Counted from the whole stretch's first letter, positions 51,530 to 63,890 are shown. The stretch: DNA of 63,890 bases, filler included, from Chiloscyllium plagiosum (GCF_004010195.1; 4 parts of one record of this genome joined end to end with filler, not necessarily neighbours in it); one strand, 5' to 3'. A program made the numbers and translations. The notes: generated from the letters alone by a model not told the origin.

Positions 51530-52065
51530 GCTGCCTGCATTTAAAACAGAGATGAGGGGAAAGAAATTGCTCAGAGGGTTGTGAGTCTTTGGAATTTGAG
51601 TGCAGAGGAAGTTTACCAGAGTGCTGCTTAGGTGAGAGGGTATGAACTACAAGGAGAGGCGAGAAAAACTTGGGTTGTTTTCTCTGGAGCAGCTGAAGCT
51701 GAGGGGACACTTGAAAGAAGTCTATAAAATATAGGGTTGACAGTCAGAATCTTTTCCCCAGAGTTGAAATGTCTAATACTAGGAGGCATGCATTTAAGGC
51801 GAGAGGGGGAAAGTTCAAATGAACTGTGGGGGACAAGCTTTTTACACAGAGAGAGGTAGCAGTCTGGAACGCACCGACAATTTGGCGGTGAAGGCTGATA
51901 CCAAAAGGGTATTTAGGGTACTTTTAGATAAGCATATGAATATGCAAGGAATGGGATGGTACGGACCAAGGGTAGGCAGAACGATTAGTATCATTAGGCA
52001 TTATGTTTGGTATAACATTGTGGGCCGAAGGGCCCGTTCCTGTGTTGTACTGTTCTACGTTCCAT
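51530..52065 (+). mobile_element. CR1 3' fragments
   Basis: CR1 3' coding motifs and the GGGCCGAAGGGCC...TGTTCTA tail. Confidence 0.8.
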
Positions 52066-52271
52066 GTTTTTCTTCTTGAAAAGGCAGTGGATGTAGGCTC
52101 TTTAAGTATTTTAAGGCAGAGGTAGATAGATTCTTGATTGCCAAGAAGTTAAAAGTTTATTAGGGATATGAAGGAATGTAAAGTTGAAATTAAAATCATT
52201 TTATTGAATGACAGGACACGCTTGAAGGGACGAGTGACATTCTTTTGTTCCCTGTTTGTATGTTTTTATAG

Positions 52272-52630
52272 CAACATAGAAAACAGGTGCAGGAGTAGGC
52301 CATTCGATGTAATCATGGCTGATCATGCAATTTCCCAGTCCTGTTTTCTCCCCCTGTACCCTTTGATCCCTTTAGCTGCAAGGGCCATGTCCAGCTCTCT
52401 CTTGAATATATCTAACAAACTGGCCCCAACAGCCTCCTGTGGGAGAGAATTTGACAGGTTCTCAACTCTCTGAGTGAAGGAATTCTTCCTCATCTCAGTC
52501 CTGAATGGTTCACCTCTTATTCTGACAATGTGTCCTCTAGTTCTGGACTTCCCTAACATCATGAACATTCTTTCTGCATCTAGCCCATCCAGTCCCATCG
52601 GGATATTATTTGTTTCAGTGAGATTCCCTT
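52272..52630 (-). mobile_element. CR1 3' fragment
   Basis: SRTRGH...FRTEMRKNSFTQRVENLSNSLPQ. Confidence 0.9.
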
Positions 52631-53764
52631 CATGTACAGATTCATTCCACAGATTATTAATGAAATGATCCCACAGATTTTCATTCAATTTGTCCCTCAG
52701 GGTTTAATTTAGCGATATGTATTTTGACTGCACAACCCAATTGACAGTGAATCCTGCTCATCCGTGATCTTGACAAGTACATTTTAATCTGTCTGACACT
52801 ACGACTGGCATTTTTCTCAGCTATTTCTGCAGCGCCATTTTCAAATAATCATACAATTTGCTGTTGGGTTTATTCAACAACATCAACTCTCATGCTGCAC
52901 TAATACCGAAATCAGCTGAATTGTGCTGGTTGTACAGTGTTTTCTTTTGTGGCTGTGGAATGGGGAAGGCAATGGTGTAATGGTAATGACACTGGGCTGG
53001 GAACGTGAAGTAATTTGTCTGGGGATATGGGCTTGAATCCCTCTATGGTAAATGGTGGAATTTAAACTTAATAGCAGATGAGAATTAAAAAGCTAGCTTA
53101 ATTGAGGTTATGCAATGACTGTCAATTGTTCCTAAAACCCATGTGGTCCAATGATACATTGAAGGAAATTTGCTGTCATTATTTGGTCTGACGTACATGT
53201 AATGCCAGATTTGTAGTTAAATGTGGCTCATTTCTAACTACCTGCTGGAATATTAACAATTAGTATTAAATGCTGGATTAGCCAGTAATGCTTGCATCAA
53301 ATTAAAAAAAAAACCAACCTTCAAGCCAATAAGCTACCACTTGAAGCACACTATGCAACAGTGATATCATTATTTGCCAGAAATGATGACAAAAATGGAC
53401 AGAATTGTTCGAAGCTAAACATGCCTTGCATTTTCATTGTACATCTTGTTTAAATCCCATTCATCATCAACTTGTTGGGCTTGAATCTTTCCAAGAAGGA
53501 CGTGGGACACTGATTTTAGGTAGCTTTGCTAAAATTGAAAAAAAAAGATAACCTTCAGACACTTCCAAACTAAAATTCTGCTCACAGAGGGGACAGTGCT
53601 CACCACTGATATATACCACTGTAATATTGGAACAGCTCATCAAATGACATCAACTCTCAAAGTGTTATCGACCACCACAACAAGCTACACAATTTCTCAC
53701 CCACCATTGTGTGGTTTGTAAACATGCAAGTATGGCATAAAAGCAAAACAAGAAAATAAATAAT

Positions 53765-54190
53765 GAATCTATGTAACATCTTTCTTGGTCAAAGGACATG
53801 CCTAAAGCATTTTACAGCCAATCGGCTTATTGACCACTGTTGTCATGTCCAGAAATGTGGCAGTCAAGTTGTTCACAGCAAATCCTACTAACAATGATGT
53901 GGGAATGACCAGATCATATTTTTCATGAAATTGATTGAAAGATAAACTTTGGAGAGGAAACCCATAAACCTCCCCTGCTCCTGTTCAAAATAGTGCCATG
54001 CAATCTCTTGTGTCCACCAGAGAAGATCATTAGGAGCTTAGTTTAAAATCTTCACCAAAAAGTTGGCATTCCAATATTGATACATTCACTTTGTATTGGA
54101 ATTGATTTTGTGTCCAAGTCTTGGAGCAAAATCAAATTCACAATCTTTTGACACAGAGATGAGGAGTTCTACCAGTAGAGCCACTGCCAA
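53765..54190 (-). mobile_element. Degenerate DeuSINE-like element (SacSINE1/AmnSINE-related)
   Basis: Minus strand has a tRNA-like head (TGGCTCTACTGGTAG), ATGGCACTATTTTGAACAGGAGCAGGGGAG core and TTGGCTGTAAAATGCTTT tail. Related pieces at about 36960-37090 and 60980-61140. Confidence 0.6.
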
Positions 54191-56069
54191 CTGATACACT
54201 TTAATAAACTTTCTTTACACTTGACAGTCGTGTGAATGTGTGAATAACTATGGAAACTATAGTCTTTCCCCAATGCACTTTTTGTTTGGAAACATGATTG
54301 AATTGTTTCTCACTGCAACACCGGTTGGTTTTACTCAGGTTACAATAACAATCCAGTTCAATTTCTGAGTTATAATCTACTTTTATAACCCCAACACAGA
54401 CTCGTGTGAATGTCCATTTTACTGAGCAGTGTCATTCAGTTCAGACTTGCCTCAGTATTAATAGTCTTGCCTCTGGATTAGAAGGGAATAGGATCACAGT
54501 CCCACTCTGAAAATCTTCAATGTGACTTCTTGTCTCCATTGTAGCGCTCAGGAAGCCAGGAGTTTAATTTATTGCCCACAGCATGAATGGAAAATGATAA
54601 ACATGGCGATTATTGTGGATAGTCGTGATGCTGTAAATTACTGAGAAGACAGTCAATTAATAGTTTGAGAAGAATGATGACTAAACAAGGAGTGAGAAGG
54701 ATGTACCACAGTTTGAGACAGTTGAGCAAACAAGAAGCTTTCACAGTGAGTGTGTTCAACTTTAATCAGAGTGTCAGCCACAACGAAGCTTACAACATCA
54801 TATAGTCAGGTTATGTGGTTTCAGATTTCCAGCATCCGCAATTCTTGGGTTTTTATTTTGGTCTAACCCAGTTCTCTATTTTCTCTGCTCATGTGACCTC
54901 ATGCGAAACTCATACTTTAGAAAAGCCTCTATGACAAAGTTCAGTAAACATTGCAGAGAGAGCAGAAAACACTATGACATACCCATTCTGAAGATTTGCA
55001 AAACAGCAATATTGAGTTGTGGAATTATGTTGTTCTGATGCATTGGCTGGATATCAACTGACCTGTTTGAAGTCTGATCTTGGTCAACATATTTGTAAGA
55101 ATCATCACTTGATAGTTGCCAATCTCCAAAACTCCATCTGTTCTAATGGTTGAAAACACTGTCTTCATTCAATATTAATATCTTTGACTTTGTGCCAAGG
55201 TGTAACTATTAGCTACAATGGTACCACTTGAAGGAGAGCAAAAAGTTCTCCATCCATTCTGATTGTTGATTTTCCCTCCATCAATGCCTCAAAGAAACAC
55301 TCAGTGATTGTACAGCTCCAGCAATAACATCACAATGTTTCTCTGGGAGCATGAGGTAGACCAACTGACTGCCATCTTTGCAGACACCAACCCCTCAGCG
55401 ATTTTCATTTGGAAACTGTTATAAGGTGCTATATAAGTGAAAGTTCAGTCTGTTGAAATACTGCGAATTGCTGTAAATAATAATTAATGTCGGTGGCTAG
55501 TTCAACATCATTGATGAAGGGTGAATCAGCAATGATTTTTTTAGTTGTGGCAGCTCCATCACCTAAACAGATTGTAGCCCAGTCACCGATGTTCCACCTT
55601 TTCAGTTATAAGGCAAGGTTGTTGAATGAGCTTTAAATGTCAATCACTGCCAACATTGGACAGCAGGTTTCCTCTGGGTGCTCTGGTTTCCTCCCACAGT
55701 GCAAAGACAGGTTAGGTGGATTGGCCATGCCATCGTGTCCAGGGATATGCAGGCTAGGTGGATTGGCCTGGGAGAATGCAGGATTGCAGTGATAGGGGCA
55801 TGTGTACCTGGGTGGGATACTCTTTGGAGGGCTGGTATGGACTTGATGTGCCGAATATAGGTTATGTTGAGTAAGGGCATGGGGACCCTGGAGGAGCATT
55901 GTGAAGATATCACTGGAGCTGCACATTACTGAGTGTAAATGGACAGAGTGGGTGAAGTCAGGACACTCTGCACGGACACTGGAAGCAGCATTTTAGAATG
56001 TGGAACTCAGCACATGACCAGACCACATCAAAATGGAAATGGATACACAAAATGAATCAATTCATTCTT

Positions 56070-56140
56070 AACAGGTGTGACAGCATCTGTGGAGAGAAAG
56101 CAGAGTTAATGTTTCGGATCCAGCAACCCTTCTTCAGAAT
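56070..56140 (-). mobile_element. Family C fragment with hammerhead-like core
   Basis: Minus strand reads TT-CTGAAGA-A-GGGT-tgctgg-ATCC-GAAA-CATT-AAC then the family C tail. Confidence 0.65.
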
Positions 56141-56371
56141 GACAAATCAGAACCTGATATATCTAAGATTACCGTGTACTTAATGTTAATCTATAATAAA
56201 TGATGTTGCTTTGAGATCTAAGCCTGGACTCAATCTTTGACTTTGCCTTCTCCTTGAGTAGTCTGTAAAGAACCCGAATTTCTAATGCAGCGTCAGACCA
56301 CAGATTAATAGGAGTTTATTGCACCACCGCATTTAGATGCAAGTTACATTAGTAAAATTATATTTTACTAA

Positions 56372-56562
56372 TTGGTGTTGGACTGGGGCGGACAAAGTTA
56401 AAAATCTCACAACACCAGTTTATAGTCCAACAAGTTTACTTGGAAGCACTAGCTTTCGGAGTGCCGCTCCGTCATCAGGTGGTTGTCCACCTAATGAAGA
56501 AGCAACCCTCCAAAAGCTAGTGCTTCCAAGTAAACCTGTTGGACTATAAACTGGCGCTGCAT
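56372..56562. mobile_element. Family B inverted-repeat element
   Basis: Arms CCAGTTTATAGTCCAACAAGTTTACTTGGAAGCACTAGCTTT and AAAGCTAGTGCTTCCAAGTAAACCTGTTGGACTATAAACTGG. Confidence 0.85.
56447..56481 (-). ncRNA. Minimal type I hammerhead ribozyme (family B)
   Basis: CAC-CTGATGA-C-GGAG-cggca-CTCC-GAAA-GCTA-GTG: stem I CAC/GTG, palindromic AGCU stem III, CUA triplet. Confidence 0.75.
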
Positions 56563-57899
56563 GGTAAAACACTTTGAGGAAACTGAAGATAACAGGTCTG
56601 CCCTTTTCATGACCTCAAGGTGTTCAGCCCTTCACCATCCAAGTCTGAATGGCAGCTTCATGGTGTAGTTTAATGCAGACTTCAGTATTAACCCTTTCAG
56701 AACCATTCACTTATACCACGAAGGTGGCTCGCGCTAGGACAATGCAGGGGAAAACCAGTGGACAATAAGGTCCCAACAATATCTCCTGAGGTCTTTGGAG
56801 GAGGTGGATCCCCTACATCAGAAAACCAGCCACAGCTGATCATGTGGAAAATGATATCATGGAATACATGAGCATGGCAATGTTATTGCCTTATATCCCT
56901 CAGCAATTACCAGCATGTCTTTATCCTGCTGACTGACATGAAATGAAAGCTGTGGGCGTTATGATCTTTTGTTTCCATCCTCATTTCACACCCACACCTC
57001 AACCTTCCCTTTTAAAGTTCCTGTTTTAAAACGCTCAACAATTGCAGTCTGGAAAACCAGAGGTTACCGAGGAGGAAGGAAGAGATGAAGCAACAGCACA
57101 GTGCTCGGCCAAGAAATCCCATCACTTGATCTGATGCTCAGGCTGCCAGCTCAAATATTGGCTCTGCTGATGTCTTATTAGGGCAGTGTTCAGATAGGAT
57201 CTGCAATTGATGAATCAGTAAGCTCCTGCTGCATGGTCAGGAGCAATGAATGGTTCACTGGAGGCCAAGGTCACTGATAATTAAAAGAATGGATAAGATT
57301 TTCAATGGGATACCAAATAGGACAATGCTTAAGAACATGGATTGCAAGATTCTCAGTGCAATGGTCAACCCATCAGACACCTTCCTATTACGGTCAAGGA
57401 GTATGTAGAAGTGAAACTCCATCTTAGTAAAGAAACCAGTGAAGAGTTTACCCTCTTGGTAATCACTAGTCCATTTCCCTACAGTGTTGCAGATTTTGAG
57501 GCACTGTAACTATTTCTCTCATACCCTGTTGTCACTTTTATGATATCTTGGCTACTTTTATGATAATCTCAGCTGATAAAAACACTGGGTAAGTTATAAC
57601 CCAAAAGGAAATCTGGTGTGATACACCATAAATTTTATTTTTTGTGATTTGGTCGCTATCTGAACAGGAGGCTGCTAATGTACTTACATCAAAATGACAA
57701 AAATTGATTACATAAAAGAAAATGATAAAAATAACAATGTTGTGTATAAAACAGTTTGGGGAAATCAGATGATAAACAGCAAAAAGGAAGATTCCAAACC
57801 TTTTTGTTACGAACATCCTTTAAAGTGAAGCATCTCTCCTATCTTCACACTTTCATTTCTTAGTGAACTAATACACTTTTCTTTTCACTGACTTTCTGA

Positions 57900-58667
57900 A
57901 TATGGGCTAAGGAATGGCAGATGGAGTTTAATATGGATAAATGCAAGGTATTGCATTTTAGTAAAACAAATAAGGGCAGGACTTATATAATTAATGGTAA
58001 GATTCAGGGTAGGGTTGTAGGACAGAAAGACTTAGTGGTTGAGGAACATTTGCATTGCAGGTAAACAGGGTGATTAAGAAGGTGTTTAACATGCTTGCCT
58101 TCATTGCTCAGATCTTTAAGTATACGAGTTGGGGCATCATGTTGATGTTGAACAGGACATTGGTGAGGCCTCTTTTGGAGTACTGTGTGTTGTTCTGGTT
58201 GGCCTGCTATTGGAAGGATATTATTAAATTGGAGAGTGATCAGAAAAGATTAACTAGGATGTTGCTGGGACTGGAGGTTTGAGATATAAGGAGAGACTGG
58301 ATAGGCTGGGACTTTGTTCACTTGAGGGTGGAAAGTTGAGGGGTGAGCTTATAGAGGTTTATAAAATCATGAAGGGTATAGATAAGGTGAATAGCAAAGA
58401 TCTTTTCCCTCGGGTGAGGGAGTTCGAAACTAGCTGGTGTATTTGTAAGGTGAGAGGAGAAAGTTTTATACAGAATAGCTTGTGTGTGGAAGTGGTGGAT
58501 GCAGGTACAGTTATAACATTTAGGGACAATTGGATAGATGCATGAATAGAAAAGGCTTGGAGGGATTTGGGCCAAACTCAGGCAAGTGGGACTCGTTTAG
58601 TTTGGAAAATGATTGGGACTAGTTGGACCAAAAGGTTTGTTTCCATGCTGTTTGACTCTATGACTAC
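57900..58667 (+). mobile_element. CR1 3' fragment
   Basis: WQMEFN, RTLVRPLLEYC and tail. Confidence 0.9.
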
Positions 58668-58674
58668 TTTATAT

Positions 58675-58894
58675 TAAGAAACAGCGCAGTAAAGGCCCTT
58701 CGGCCCTAGATGTTGCGCCGATCCAAGCCCACCTAACCTACACTAGCCCACTACCCTCCATATGCCTATCCAATGCCCGCTTAAATGCCCATAATGAGGG
58801 AGAGTCCACCACTGCTACTGGCAGGGCATTCCATGAACTCATGACTCACTGAGTAAAGAACCTACCCCTAACATCTGTCCTATACCTAACCCCC
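58675..58894 (-). mobile_element. CR1 3' end abutting a gap
   Basis: GGCCCTTCGGCCC tail hairpin and WNALP-encoding region on the minus strand. Confidence 0.85.
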
Positions 58895-58994
58895 NNNNNN
58901 NNNNNNNNNNNNNNNNNNNNNNNNNNNNNNNNNNNNNNTTAATTAATTAANNNNNNNNNNNNNNNNNNNNNNNNNNNNNNNNNNNNNNNNNNNN
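58895..58994. other. Scaffold gap with TTAATTAATTAA linker
   Basis: 44 N + 12 bp + 44 N. Confidence 0.98.
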
Positions 58995-59297
58995 ACTGCC
59001 TGGCCTGCTGTGCTTTTCCAGCGCCACATCCTCGATTCTGATCTCCAACATCTACAGTCCTCACTTTCTCCTAGTTAATTTCAACCTTACTGCGAAGCCT
59101 CTTCCAAGGATGCCTACCTTGAAGAAGTTCTCCTCCTCTCTCTACAAAGATCTCAATGAGTCTCTCTCTCACTGCATTCTCCAAGTCCTTTCCTCTGACC
59201 TGAATTTCTGATGAAGGGCTCCTGCCTGAAAGGTCGATTCTCCTGCTCCTCGAATGCTGTTGTCCTGCTGTGCTTTTCCAGCACCACACTCTCGACT
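58995..59297 (+). mobile_element. Tandem PLE family A tails with extended sequence and hammerhead (mirror at 63588-63890)
   Basis: Tail, about 130-bp extension, then CTGATGAAGGGCTCCTGCCTGAAAGGTC at 59208 and a second tail. Confidence 0.75.
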
Positions 59298-60612
59298 AAT
59301 AATGTTCTTGCCTGTTTTCACTGTGGATTGCTGAGGCCAATTAAGATATTGAAGCTTCAGCAAAAGATTCTTTATAGGGTAGGGTACAAGTGTTGAGTTA
59401 AGGTACAAATCAGTCATAATCTCACTGAGTGGCAGGTCATATTTGGCAAACTAAATTATTTTCCCTCTCCCAAATTCTGTAGTCAAATCTTGACCCTTGA
59501 CCTTCTAATTGGTTGAGCAACGTTGCCTCTGAAGAGGACCCGAGAGGAAAACTGAATCTGAATGGAAGCGATCAGACTGACTTATCAATTTTAATTTTCA
59601 GTATTACAAATTAAAATTAATATATGGGCTGATGTCAGCTCCCCCGGGGTCCTTTAGATAAAGAACAAAACACAACACAAGTAGCTACTGTCATGTTAAA
59701 TCACCCTGCAATATTCTCGCCATACATTTTGCCAAATTTAAGTGGGCTAAAGCCCACAAGTCAGACACTCCCTTTATAAATACAGCGCTTGTTGTTCATA
59801 AATTTAATAAATCATCTGGACAGTTGTATAAATGCTAAGTAGTCCCCTCAGTTCCCTAAAGACAAAATCATGGGCTACATTCTGCATTTTAATTCTCTCT
59901 CAGTTGGTATGAGGTAATTTAAGTGCCTTTATCCAATTTAGTGGCATCTCTCTTTGGTGGATGTGTAACAAGTCAGCAGCATTTAATGACATGTTAGTAA
60001 TTATAAGTAAAAGTAATACTGTGATTTGAGTCTCTTTTATTTTTAGAATTTAAGCAATTTGGCTAGGGCAACTGTGAGACCAATTTAAAAAATGATTAAT
60101 CTGAAATATGTCAGACAGTCATCAAATTTGCATCTCTCGTTAAAACTAATTTTTGCACGAATGCATGCTTGATTTACGGGCTGGTAATCTGACATCACCC
60201 ATTCACTGAATACAATCTTGTTACATTAATAATGTACTTTACTAGCCCAGTAATGGTTGCTCAATCTCTTTTTATTCTGTGTGGAGCTATTTATACACAA
60301 TTAAAAGACACAATAATGACAAAACATCAATCAATTATCCCAGAGAAGCATTTTCAAATACCAACCTAATCCATGTTAGTGCTGTCACATCAGCATTGGA
60401 GTGTTATCTTGTGGAAGACGGAGCTTACCAATTTGTAAACTTGTTGTCTTGAATAAAAACACAGGTGCCTTCCCTCCTTTAACATTTGCAATCTCCTCCA
60501 GTTCTTCATCCCTCCCATATCTTTCACTCTTCCAATGCTGCACTTCAGAGTTCAAAGCCATCTCCTCTTCCTTTGTTGCAAGCGTGTATGTAAGCGTAAT
60601 TGTATGTAAATA

Positions 60613-60940
60613 CACATGGTGGCTCAGTGGTTAGCACTACTGCCCCACAGCACCAGTGTCTCAGTTTCGATTCCCGGGTGACTGTCTGTGTGGAGTTTGC
60701 ACATTCTCCTCGTGTCCGTGTGGGTTTCCTCTGGGTGCTCCGGTTTCCTCCCACAATCCAAAGATGTGCAGGCCAGGTGAATTGGCCATGCTAAATTGCC
60801 CGTAGTGTTAGCTGCATTAGTTGGCAGTAAATATAGGGTAGGGGAATGGGTCCAAGTGGGCTATTCTTCAGAGGGTGGGTGTGGACTTGTTTGGCCAAAT
60901 GGCCTGTTTCCATACTGTAGGGGGTCTACTTTAATCTAAT
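60613..60940 (+). mobile_element. HE1-type V-SINE
   Basis: A box TGGCTCAGTGG, V-domain and tail. Confidence 0.9.
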
Positions 60941-61361
60941 ACATGTACACATACATACCTCACCCTTCTAATTGTCAATCATGACTCAGTTGGTGACACT
61001 GTTGCCTGTAACTCTAGATGCTCTGGATATAAAGTCCCAGACCAGTAACAAAACCACTTAAACCTAGAATGACACTTTAATAGAAAGCTGCACTGTTGAA
61101 GGTGCTGCCTCTCAAATAAGGAACTGGATTGTTGACTGAGGGCACATTCCTTGAACATATATATAAATTCGAAGTGCAAGCACCAGCCCTGCTTAGTCAG
61201 CTTAGCCAGCTTTAACTTCTCGAATGACGGTCGTCTAATGAGCATAAAGTGAAAGCTTCATGTCTCCTCCAAGCCTCCTCATAGAGAAGCAAACAAATTG
61301 GAAGTCAGCAGCTGTTCTGTTACACCTATATGAAGGAAAGTGGGCATTGTGTTGTCAGCTC

Positions 61362-61523
61362 CTGGGTTAGTGGTGCTGGAAGAGCACAGCAGTTCAGGCA
61401 GCATCCGAGGATCAGTAAAGTCGACGTTTCGGGCAAAAGCAAGGGCTTTTGGCCGAAACGTCAATTTTACTGCTCCTCGGATGCTGCCTGAACTGCTGTG
61501 CTCTTCCAGCACCACTAACCCAG
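61362..61523. mobile_element. Family A inverted-repeat element at the palindrome axis
   Basis: Same sequence as the 27364 copy; two half-hammerheads (stem II-GAAACGTC) lacking CTGATGA. Confidence 0.88.
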
Positions 61524-61944
61524 GAGCTGACAACACAATGCCCACTTTCCTTCATATAGGTGTAACAGAACAGCTGCTGACTTCCAATTTGTTTGCTTCT
61601 CTATGAGGAGGCTTGGAGGAGACATGAAGCTTTCACTTTATGCTCATTAGACGACCGTCATTCGAGAAGTTAAAGCTGGCTAAGCTGACTAAGCAGGGCT
61701 GGTGCTTGCACTTCGAATTTATATATATGTTCAAGGAATGTGCCCTCAGTCAACAATCCAGTTCCTTATTTGAGAGGCAGCACCTTCAACAGTGCAGCTT
61801 TCTATTAAAGTGTCATTCTAGGTTTAAGTGGTTTTGTTACTGGTCTGGGACTTTATATCCAGAGCATCTAGAGTTACAGGCAACAGTGTCACCAACTGAG
61901 TCATGATTGACAATTAGAAGGGTGAGGTATGTATGTGTACATGT

Positions 61945-62272
61945 ATTAGATTAAAGTAGACCCCCTACAGTATGGAAACAGGCCATTTGGCCAAACAAGT
62001 CCACACCCACCCTCTGAAGAATAGCCCACTTGGACCCATTCCCCTACCCTATATTTACTGCCAACTAATGCAGCTAACACTATGGGCAATTTAGCATGGC
62101 CAATTCACCTGGCCTGCACATCTTTGGATTGTGGGAGGAAACCGGAGCACCCAGAGGAAACCCACACGGACACGAGGAGAATGTGCAAACTCCACACAGA
62201 CAGTCACCCGGGAATCGAAACTGAGACACTGGTGCTGTGGGGCAGTAGTGCTAACCACTGAGCCACCATGTG
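61945..62272 (-). mobile_element. HE1-type V-SINE (mirror copy)
   Basis: Reverse complement of 60613-60940. Confidence 0.9.
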
Positions 62273-63890
62273 TATTTACATACAATTACGCTTACATACA
62301 CGCTTGCAACAAAGGAAGAGGAGATGGCTTTGAACTCTGAAGTGCAGCATTGGAAGAGTGAAAGATATGGGAGGGATGAAGAACTGGAGGAGATTGCAAA
62401 TGTTAAAGGAGGGAAGGCACCTGTGTTTTTATTCAAGACAACAAGTTTACAAATTGGTAAGCTCCGTCTTCCACAAGATAACACTCCAATGCTGATGTGA
62501 CAGCACTAACATGGATTAGGTTGGTATTTGAAAATGCTTCTCTGGGATAATTGATTGATGTTTTGTCATTATTGTGTCTTTTAATTGTGTATAAATAGCT
62601 CCACACAGAATAAAAAGAGATTGAGCAACCATTACTGGGCTAGTAAAGTACATTATTAATGTAACAAGATTGTATTCAGTGAATGGGTGATGTCAGATTA
62701 CCAGCCCGTAAATCAAGCATGCATTCGTGCAAAAATTAGTTTTAACGAGAGATGCAAATTTGATGACTGTCTGACATATTTCAGATTAATCATTTTTTAA
62801 ATTGGTCTCACAGTTGCCCTAGCCAAATTGCTTAAATTCTAAAAATAAAAGAGACTCAAATCACAGTATTACTTTTACTTATAATTACTAACATGTCATT
62901 AAATGCTGCTGACTTGCTACACATCCACCAAAGAGAGATGCCACTAAATTGGATAAAGGCACTTAAATTACCTCATACCAACTGAGAGAGAATTAAAATG
63001 CAGAATGTAGCCCATGATTTTGTCTTTAGGGAACTGAGGGGACTACTTAGCATTTATACAACTGTCCAGATGATTTATTAAATTTATGAACAACAAGCGC
63101 TGTATTTATAAAGGGAGTGTCTGACTTGTGGGCTTTAGCCCACTTAAATTTGGCAAAATGTATGGCGAGAATATTGCAGGGTGATTTAACATGACAGTAG
63201 CTACTTGTGTTGTGTTTTGTTCTTTATCTAAAGGACCCCGGGGGAGCTGACATCAGCCCATATATTAATTTTAATTTGTAATACTGAAAATTAAAATTGA
63301 TAAGTCAGTCTGATCGCTTCCATTCAGATTCAGTTTTCCTCTCGGGTCCTCTTCAGAGGCAAAGTTGCTCAACCAATTAGAAGGTCAAGGGTCAAGATTT
63401 GACTACAGAATTTGGGAGAGGGAAAATAATTTAGTTTGCCAAATATGACCTGCCACTCAGTGAGATTATGACTGATTTGTACCTTAACTCAACACTTGTA
63501 CCCTACCCTATAAAGAATCTTTTGCTGAAGCTTCAATATCTTAATTGGCCTCAGCAATCCACAGTGAAAACAGGCAAGAACATTATTAGTCGAGAGTGTG
63601 GTGCTGGAAAAGCACAGCAGGACAACAGCATTCGAGGAGCAGGAGAATCGACCTTTCAGGCAGGAGCCCTTCATCAGAAATTCAGGTCAGAGGAAAGGAC
63701 TTGGAGAATGCAGTGAGAGAGAGACTCATTGAGATCTTTGTAGAGAGAGGAGGAGAACTTCTTCAAGGTAGGCATCCTTGGAAGAGGCTTCGCAGTAAGG
63801 TTGAAATTAACTAGGAGAAAGTGAGGACTGTAGATGTTGGAGATCAGAATCGAGAATGTGGCGCTGGAAAAGCACAGCAGGCCAGGCAGT

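Larger units (their letters stand above)
58995..63890. repeat. 4.9-kb palindrome (arms about 2.45 kb, loop AAGG at 61441-61444)
   Basis: Position x pairs with 122885-x; ORFs are mirrored in the supplied track. Confidence 0.98.

Noticed and set aside
54900..55620. Possible decayed coding sequence on the minus strand
   Set aside because: Multiple stops and no motif I can recognise; needs a translated search.
50340..57500. Further Harbinger-like relics near 50340-51500 and 56580-57500
   Set aside because: Only vague resemblance; no TIRs or clear motifs identified.
60385..62500. Duplicated identical ORF pairs
   Set aside because: A by-product of the palindrome; chance or SINE-derived frames.

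Overview
Eukaryotic, repeat-dense, non-coding genomic DNA, most likely from a shark or other elasmobranch (inferred from HE1-type V-SINEs, DeuSINE-like copies and many CR1 fragments). I find no host protein-coding exon; the listed ORFs are transposon remnants or chance frames. Main contents: a near full-length but dead L1 (about 870-7007) with a SINE inserted in ORF2; many CR1-type LINE and tRNA-SINE fragments; Penelope-like element (PLE) pieces (GIY-YIG and N-terminal ORF); two solo LTRs, both with a CTAT target-site duplication (TSD); three 100-bp scaffold gaps carrying a TTAATTAATTAA linker; and a 4.9-kb near-perfect palindrome at the end. The most interesting signal is a dense population (about 15 copies, three families) of short non-coding insertions that carry minimal type I hammerhead ribozyme motifs, often as inverted pairs, with 10-16 bp TSDs. 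Several repeat-free islands look like developmental enhancers. Coordinates of degenerate repeats are approximate.
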